Assembly: GCA_964399055.1 (NCBI GenBank)
Contig: CAYNPJ010000004.1
Location: forward strand, 11,158 to 75,157
Direction: 5' to 3'
DNA length: 64,000 nt
From: an uncultured Ignavibacteria bacterium
Lineage (GTDB): Bacteria > Zixibacteria > MSB-5A5 > DSPP01 > RBG-1
In this document: in pieces, positions 58,415 to 64,000 of the stretch
Layout: each line of letters opens with the position of its first letter
Position numbering within the stretch: the stretch's first letter is position 1
The notes under the pieces: generated by a model
What the model saw: the letters and a program-made list of their open reading frames with translations, nothing else
Told to the model about the DNA's origin: nothing
Database searches by the model: none
Position numbers and translations under genes: made by a program

Positions 58415-60094
58415 TTAAAACCAGGCCGGCTCCCGGTAATCTCCGTATACCTCTTTGAGGGAATTGACTATTTCACCTTCCGTAGCATAAGCTTTGACGC
58501 ACTCAATTAAATGCGGCATGGTATTCTCTGTTCCGGCCGCGGCTTTTTTCAAATCTTCAAGAGTGTGTTTAACCTTATCATTGTCTCTGGTCTCTTTTAC
58601 GGTCTTAATGCTTTGAGCCTGCTCTCTGGCCACCGATTCGTCAATCTTCAAGATGGGAATATCAACTTTTTCATCTTCCTCCACAAATTCATTGACCCCG
58701 ACGTGGAATTTTTCCTTCCGCTCCAAGGCCTGCTGATATTCAAAAGCCGCCTGCGCGATTTCCTTCTGAAAAAATCCCTCTTCAATGCACTTTAAAACCC
58801 CGCCCCGTCTTTCAATTTCAGCAAAATACTTTTCTGCCTCCTCTTCCATCCTATTGGTCAGGGCTTCGATAAAATAAGAGCCGCCTAAAGGGTCAATGGT
58901 ATTGGTCACCCCGGTCTCGCAGGCTATTATCTGCTGGGTGCGTAAGGCAATCTTGACCGCCTTTTCAGTGGGCAAGGCCCAGGTCTCATCCATGGAATTG
59001 GTGTGCAGGGATTGTGTGCCACCCAAAACCGCAGCCAAAGCTTCATAGGCAGTTCGAACAATGTTATTCTCCGGCTGCTGAGCGGTTAAAGAAACACCCG
59101 CTGTTTGAGTGTGAAATCTCATCAGCCAGGATTCCTTTTTCTTGGCTTTGTATCTCTCCCGCATGTGCCGAGCCCAGATTCTCCTGGCGGCCCGGTATTT
59201 GGCGATTTCTTCGAAGAAATCCAAATGGGAGTTGAAGAAAAAAGATAAACGCGGGGCAAAATCATCCACATTCAGTCCGGCATTGATGCCTGCTTCTACA
59301 TAGGCAAACCCATCCGCCAGAGTGAAAGCTAACTCCTGAACCGCAGTTGAACCGGCTTCGCGGATGTGATAACCGGAAATTGAAACGTAATTGTACTTGG
59401 GCATATGCTGGGTGCAGAATTTCATCATATCCACAATCAGACGCATGGAAGGCTCCGGCGGAAATATCCACTCTTTCTGAGCAATGTATTCTTTGAGAAT
59501 ATCTGTCTGGCAGGTGCCGGCTAACTTTCTGACTGGAACTTTCTTCTTTTCTCCGGTGGCGATGTACATGGCCAAGACAATAGGAGCAGGACCATTGATG
59601 GTCATGGAAGTAGTAATATTGCCTAAGTCTATTCCGTCGAACAGAATTTCCATATCCCGCAGAGAGTCGACTGCCACCCCGCAGATGCCCACTTCTCCTT
59701 CAGACCAGGGGTCGTCTGAATCATGTCCCATCAGAGTGGGTAAATCGTAAGCTACGGAAAGGCCTGTCTGGCCATGCTTGAGCAGGAACTTGTATCTCTC
59801 ATTGGTCTGCCGGGGGGTGCCGAATCCGGAGAACTGCCTCATAGTCCAGAGTCTGCCCCGGTACATTGAGTGTCTGATTCCTCTGGTATAAGGGAATTCT
59901 CCAGGGAAATTCAGGTCTTTGAAATAGTCGATTTCTTGGAGGTCTAAGGGTGTGTAGAGTTCATTAATTGGTTGCCCGGAAATGGTGCTAAATTTGCTGT
60001 TCTGGCAATGAGGGTTCAGTTTGCGATACTCTTCTTCCCATTTTTTCCGCTCCTGCTGAACGTTTCTCAAAAATTCTTTTTCAAACATCTCCAC
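58415..60094 (-). CDS. methylmalonyl-CoA mutase-family large subunit (second paralogue)
   Basis: About 60% similar to the 50775..52355 product over the barrel; immediately upstream of the B12-binding subunit. Confidence 0.9.
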   Translation of the reverse strand: MEMFEKEFLRNVQQERKKWEEEYRKLNPHCQNSKFSTISGQPINELYTPLDLQEIDYFKDLNFPGEFPYTRGIRHSMYRGRLWTMRQFSGFGTPRQTNERYKFLLKHGQTGLSVAYDLPTLMGHDSDDPWSEGEVGICGVAVDSLRDMEILFDGIDLGNITTSMTINGPAPIVLAMYIATGEKKKVPVRKLAGTCQTDILKEYIAQKEWIFPPEPSMRLIVDMMKFCTQHMPKYNYVSISGYHIREAGSTAVQELAFTLADGFAYVEAGINAGLNVDDFAPRLSFFFNSHLDFFEEIAKYRAARRIWARHMRERYKAKKKESWLMRFHTQTAGVSLTAQQPENNIVRTAYEALAAVLGGTQSLHTNSMDETWALPTEKAVKIALRTQQIIACETGVTNTIDPLGGSYFIEALTNRMEEEAEKYFAEIERRGGVLKCIEEGFFQKEIAQAAFEYQQALERKEKFHVGVNEFVEEDEKVDIPILKIDESVAREQAQSIKTVKETRDNDKVKHTLEDLKKAAAGTENTMPHLIECVKAYATEGEIVNSLKEVYGDYREPAWF

Positions 60095-60096
60095 TC

Positions 60097-61035
60097 CTAA
60101 GATTTCCAGGATTTTAAGATTTTATCTGCCAGACTGTAAGGGGTCTCTTTTTTCTGAAGGATTTGCAGCGCCAAATCGTCCCAGTCCAAATCAGATTTTA
60201 GTTGATTCCTGACCGCCGATTTTATCTGCTTTTCCAAGATTCTCTGTAACTGGTTTTTTAATTGCAACTTTCTCCTCTTAAGCAATAGGTCGTTCTTCTC
60301 CAGAAAACCGCGGTGCTGATTGACCGTCTGCCACAACTCCTTTATCCCCTGACCGCCGGTGGCCACGGTAGACAAAACCGGATAGCTCCATTTTTCATTT
60401 TTTCTTTTTAGCTCTAAACTCATGTTTAGTTGCACCGCCAGTCGGTCAGCTCCTTCTCGGTCGGTTTTGTTGACCACGAATATGTCTCCGATCTCCATCA
60501 GGCCGGCCTTGAAGGTTTGGATGGAGTCCCCGGACTCCGGGGAGAGCACCACCACGATGCTGTCGCTGTGCTGGGCCACCTCCAATTCAATCTGACCCAC
60601 GCCGACCGTCTCTAAAATTATCAAATCCTTGCCAAAGGCGTCAAGTATTAAACAGGCCTCAAAAGTCGTGGCTGACAGTCCGCCCAAGGAGCCCCGGGAG
60701 GCCATGCTACGGATGTAGACATTCAATTTGCCGGCCAGAGTCTGCATTCTGATCCGATCTCCTAAGAAAGCCCCGCCGGAGAACGGGCTGCTCGGGTCCA
60801 CGGCGATAATTCCCACCTTGGCGTCGTCCCTGACAATTTCGTTTACCAGAGCATCTACTAAGGTGCTTTTGCCTGCTCCTGGAGGACCGGTAATGCCTAA
60901 CTTGTAAGCCCTGCCGGTGCGGGGAAATATGGCAGAGATAATCTCCTGGTATCCGTTGGACTGGTTTTCCACCTCACTTATCAGCCGGGACAGAGCCTGT
61001 ATCTCGCCGGAGTAAAATTTCTCCAAAAGTGACAT
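60097..61035 (-). CDS. meaB: methylmalonyl-CoA mutase-associated G-protein chaperone MeaB/ArgK
   Basis: [19 protein letters not shown]-loop; ArgK family. Confidence 0.9.
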   Translation of the reverse strand: MSLLEKFYSGEIQALSRLISEVENQSNGYQEIISAIFPRTGRAYKLGITGPPGAGKSTLVDALVNEIVRDDAKVGIIAVDPSSPFSGGAFLGDRIRMQTLAGKLNVYIRSMASRGSLGGLSATTFEACLILDAFGKDLIILETVGVGQIELEVAQHSDSIVVVLSPESGDSIQTFKAGLMEIGDIFVVNKTDREGADRLAVQLNMSLELKRKNEKWSYPVLSTVATGGQGIKELWQTVNQHRGFLEKNDLLLKRRKLQLKNQLQRILEKQIKSAVRNQLKSDLDWDDLALQILQKKETPYSLADKILKSWKS

Positions 61036-61037
61036 AT

Positions 61038-62746
61038 TTAAGGGCTGAACCTCACGTCTTTGATTCTGAGCTGAATGTTAGTCTGGCCATTCCAGGAGTT
61101 GTTTTCTAATACATAGGCTAGATCAAAAGTACCGGCATTTGTGGCTATGGGCTTGGCCCATTGTCCTAAGGAAAATCCGATGGCGTCAAACTCTGTGCCA
61201 GACTGAGCCACCCGCAATTTAAGATGATTATTCCCCACTATTCCCGGAAAATCTGCCTTGGAGATTTTGCGACTGGCGAAGACCGGCCTCATATTTCCAG
61301 GCCCGAAAGGAGTCAAGAGTTCTATAGATTCCAACAAGCCCTGGTCTATCTCTTTTAACTCCAGTTCGGCATCAATCTGTTGCCTGGGAATTAAATCCTG
61401 TTCAGACAGTCTCTCGGATGCTATCTGCAAGAAATTATGCCGGAATTCTTCAAACTTGGCGGGTCTGACAGTCAGGCCAACAGCCTGTCTATGCCCGCCA
61501 AACTTTTCTAAACATCTTTCACACTCTTTCAGGGCGGCAAATAAGTCGAAGCCGGGTATAGAGCGACCAGAACCTTTCCCCTCACTCTGGTCGAAAGTGA
61601 CTAAAATCGTGGGGCGGTAGTAACTCTCGGCTATCCTTGCTGCCACAATGCCCAAGATTCCGGGATGCCAATCAGGCCGGGAGAGAATGACGGCTTTGTC
61701 TTGAGACAGATTGACAGTTCTTTCAATTAGCTCCTCGGCCTCCTTCTGAGTCCTCTCGTCCAACTTTCTTCTCTTGCTGTTTTCGGATTCTAAAAATCCA
61801 GCTATTTGAAAGGCTTCATTTTCGTTTTTGGTGACCAGAAGCTTGATGGAGGAGACAGCGTCTCCCAGTCTTCCCACCGCATTCAAACGCGGGGCTAACA
61901 TAAAAACCACCTGGGCTGTGCCAATTGGCCTTCCCTGCAGGCCGGCTGAATTGATTAAAGCCTTCAGGCCGGGTTTGGTGGTCTTGGCTATCTGCTCCAG
62001 ACCGAATTTGCACAAAATTCGATTCTCTCCGGTCAGAGGAACCACATCCGCAGAGGTACCTAAAGCCACCAAATCCAGATGTTCTTCCAAGCCGCTCTCG
62101 TCCAGGTCCAGTTTACGGTACAGCGCCTGAACAATCTTGAAAGCCACCCCCACCCCGGCTAATTCTCCGCCCGGGTATTCGCTCTGCTGAAATTTGGGAT
62201 TTATGATGGCATAGGCCCTAGGAATATTGTCCCCGGCTAGGTGGTGGTCAGTGATGATTAAGTCCAGTCCTAATCCCTTGGCATAATCAGCCTCTTCCAC
62301 TGCGGTCATCCCGCAGTCAGTAGAGATTACTAAGCTAGCTCCTCTTCGCTTAGCTTCATCCATTCCCTCCGGCGAGAGCCCATATCCCTCAGTCAGGCGA
62401 TGAGGCAAGTAATAGCTCACTTCAGCACCCAGCTGGCTTAGGACCAGATATATAAGCGCAGTGGCGGAAATTCCGTCCACGTCATAATCTCCGAAAATCA
62501 TGATTTTTTCTCTGTTTTCCAGAGCCTGGCAGATACGAGTGATGGCTTTCTCCATTTCCGGAAGAACAAAAGGGTCAATTAGGTCGGAGAGTTTAGGATA
62601 GAGAAAACTCCGGGCCTGCTCAGGAGTGGCAATGCCTCTCTGAGAGAGAATCTGGCCTAAGACTCTGGGCAACCGAAGCGAGTCGGTCCACTCCGGCGCA
62701 TAAGCGGAGGCAAACTGCGGCCTGAATTCCCAGATAGTCTGCATAT
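61038..62746 (-). CDS. recJ: single-stranded-DNA-specific exonuclease RecJ
   Basis: DHH motifs (IFGDYDVDGISATALI; ITDHH) and DHHA1 domain. The ORF-track start at 62795 overlaps the 3' end of rnpB, so the start is moved to ATG 62746 (MQTIWEF...). Confidence 0.85.
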
Positions 62747-62752
62747 AAACTT

Positions 62753-63100
62753 GAGCCAGAGCAGGCCGTAAGCCGAGTTCTGTTTGGGTCATCATCTATC
62801 TGGGCCGACTGTCGCCAGCCGGCTCAAGCGGCCTACCCGGAAGTAATAGCGGAACAGGCTCTTCCTTCTTCCTTATTTGGCCTTGCTCCAGGTGGGGTTT
62901 GCCAGCCCCCGATATCACTATCGGGGCGGTGGTCTCTTACACCACCCTTTCACCCTTGCCCCGAGCTAGTCGGGGTGGTCTGGTCTCTGTGGCACTTTCC
63001 ATATTCTTGCGAATCCCTGGGATTACCAGGCGCCCTGCCTTAGGAGCTCGGACTTTCCTCCCCGATGACTATCGGGGCGATGACCTGGTCTGCTCCGGCT
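62753..63100 (-). ncRNA. rnpB: RNase P RNA, bacterial type A
   Basis: Minus-strand sequence carries GGAAAGTCCGAGCTCC, AAGGCAGGGCGCCTGGTAATCCCAGGG, GTGCCACAGAGACCAGACC, AGGGTGAAAGGGTGGTGTAAGAGACCACC, CACCTGGAGCAAGGCCAAATAAGG, GGGTAGGCCGCTTGAGCC and ACAGAACTCGGCTTAC; P1 pairs the 5' GCCGGAGCAGACC with the 3' GGCCTGCTCTGGC. Ends are approximate to about 10 nt. Confidence 0.93.
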
Positions 63101-63215
63101 TAAACTTTTTCTTCACCTCCTGAAGGTTTCTTGATTTTGTCTCCTTAACAAGTTACGATTTTCACTTGGGATTAGGCACTTATTTTGTTCACGAGAAATG
63201 TAGTGCATCGAAAAC

Positions 63216-64000
63216 TTACTGCCTCATCCTGTAATTAGGCGCTTCTTTGGTGATGAAGACTGAATGGGGGTGGCTTTCCCTTAACCCCGCCTCGGTCAAG
63301 CGAACAAAGCGCGCTTTCCGTTTCAGCTCCGCAATATATTTGGCACCACACATCCCCATGCCGGCCCGCAGGCCGCCTATTAGCTGAAAGATTGTATCTG
63401 CTAAGCTTCCTTTGTAGGGGACTAAACCCTCTATTCCTTCCGGGACAAGTTTAGCCGACTCTTGCTGTTCCTCCTGAAAATATCTGTCCTTACTGCCGGA
63501 TTTCATGGCTTCAATCGAGCCCATCCCTCGGTAGGCTTTGAAGGTTCTTCCCTCCCACAGAATGGTTTCACCCGGGCTTTCTTCTGTGCCAGCAAACAAA
63601 GAGCCAATCATGACTGCATCAGAGCCGGCAGCTAAGGCTTTGACAATATCGCCGGAATAGCGGATGCCTCCGTCTGAAATCAGAGGAACACTATATTGCG
63701 TGCACACTTCTGCGCACTCGCTTATGGCAGTAACTTGTGGAACCCCGGCCCCGATTACCACCCGGGTGGTACAGATTGAGCCCGGGCCGACCCCGACTTT
63801 AATTGAATCAGCCCCGGCCTTGATTAAATCTAAAGCCCCTTCCCGAGTGGCCACGTTGCCGGCCATGACTGGCACTCTGGGAAACCATTTTTTAAGATTT
63901 TCCACTGCCTGTAAGACATTTTTGGAGTGCCCGTGAGAAGAATCGACTGCTAAGAAATCTACCCCTTCTTTGACTAAGGCGGCGGCCCTCTCTTTCAAAT
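63216..64000 (-). CDS. guaB: inosine-5'-monophosphate dehydrogenase, C-terminal part; the gene continues beyond the window
   Basis: IMPDH catalytic-loop motifs ([40 protein letters not shown]); the N-terminal half and CBS domains lie outside the window. Confidence 0.9.
   Translation of the reverse strand, partial: LKERAAALVKEGVDFLAVDSSHGHSKNVLQAVENLKKWFPRVPVMAGNVATREGALDLIKAGADSIKVGVGPGSICTTRVVIGAGVPQVTAISECAEVCTQYSVPLISDGGIRYSGDIVKALAAGSDAVMIGSLFAGTEESPGETILWEGRTFKAYRGMGSIEAMKSGSKDRYFQEEQQESAKLVPEGIEGLVPYKGSLADTIFQLIGGLRAGMGMCGAKYIAELKRKARFVRLTEAGLRESHPHSVFITKEAPNYRMRQ

Noticed and set aside
2429-59750. Numerous 60-130-aa ORFs in the track lying antisense to or nested within large genes (e.g. 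454..786, 2429..2641, 5301..5663, 20026..20247, 26189..26839, 35791..36147, 53640..54065, 59484..59750)
   Set aside because: They are shadow ORFs inside well-supported conserved genes on the opposite strand or in another frame. They have no RBS and their translations are Ser/Pro/Arg-rich with low complexity.
62747-62795. N-terminal 16 codons of the longest recJ ORF (MMTQTELGLRPALAQVY)
   Set aside because: They are the reverse-strand reading of the RNase P RNA P4/P1 3' strand (ACAGAACTCGGCTTACGGCCTGCTCTGGCTC). They are almost certainly not translated, and the recJ start has been moved to ATG 62746.
1-64000. CRISPR arrays, tRNAs, transposases/integrases and prophage genes
   Set aside because: No regularly spaced direct repeats, no cloverleaf-forming 70-90-nt segments in the intergenic regions examined, and no recognisable recombinase/transposase ORFs were seen. 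This was a by-eye search only and should be confirmed with tRNAscan-SE, minCED and ISfinder.

Overview
A 64-kb chromosomal segment, about 50-55% GC, from a bacterium that uses AGGAGG-type ribosome-binding sites. Roughly 80% of the genes lie on the minus strand. No CRISPR array, tRNA or obvious mobile element was seen.

The 5' quarter (about 0.2-18 kb) is an accessory-looking PEP-CTERM/exosortase locus. It holds two small secreted proteins with C-terminal PEP-CTERM sorting signals, an exosortase with the ACSG motif, a membrane-anchored creatininase-family hydrolase, a PglC/EpsB-like polyprenyl-phosphate sugar transferase, a PEGA-domain protein, an FN3 lipoprotein, a polytopic membrane protein and the PrsK/PrsR sensor kinase/sigma-54 activator pair. 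A second, orphan sigma-54 response regulator sits in an operon with a 1000-aa secreted protein and an RNase-H-like exonuclease-TPR fusion. The secreted protein combines a novel N-domain, about 15 beta-roll-like 'GNDxY' repeats and C-terminal HEAT repeats.

Three near-identical sigma-54 promoter cores (TGGCAT-N5-TTGCT) are visible. They sit upstream of the second PEP-CTERM gene, in the leader of the sugar transferase, and upstream of the small heat-shock gene hsp20.

The rest of the window is housekeeping and central metabolism. It includes ftsY, smc, rodZ-like, maf, dtd, clpB, rpoZ, dnaK, hsp20, tatC, nrdR, glyA, rpiB and ilvE. It also includes a butyryl/acetoacetyl-CoA block (two acyl-CoA dehydrogenases, thiolase, CoA-transferase A/B, DUF35 plus SCP-x thiolase) and a complete methylmalonyl-CoA pathway block (epimerase, two split mutase large subunits, one B12-binding subunit, MeaB, BCCP, biotin carboxylase, carboxyltransferase). 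A type-A RNase P RNA (rnpB) abuts recJ, and a truncated guaB lies at the 3' edge.

A strongly AT-rich (about 35% GC) 270-aa ORFan is wedged into the CoA-transferase/thiolase operon. It is the clearest candidate for horizontally acquired, uncharacterised function.
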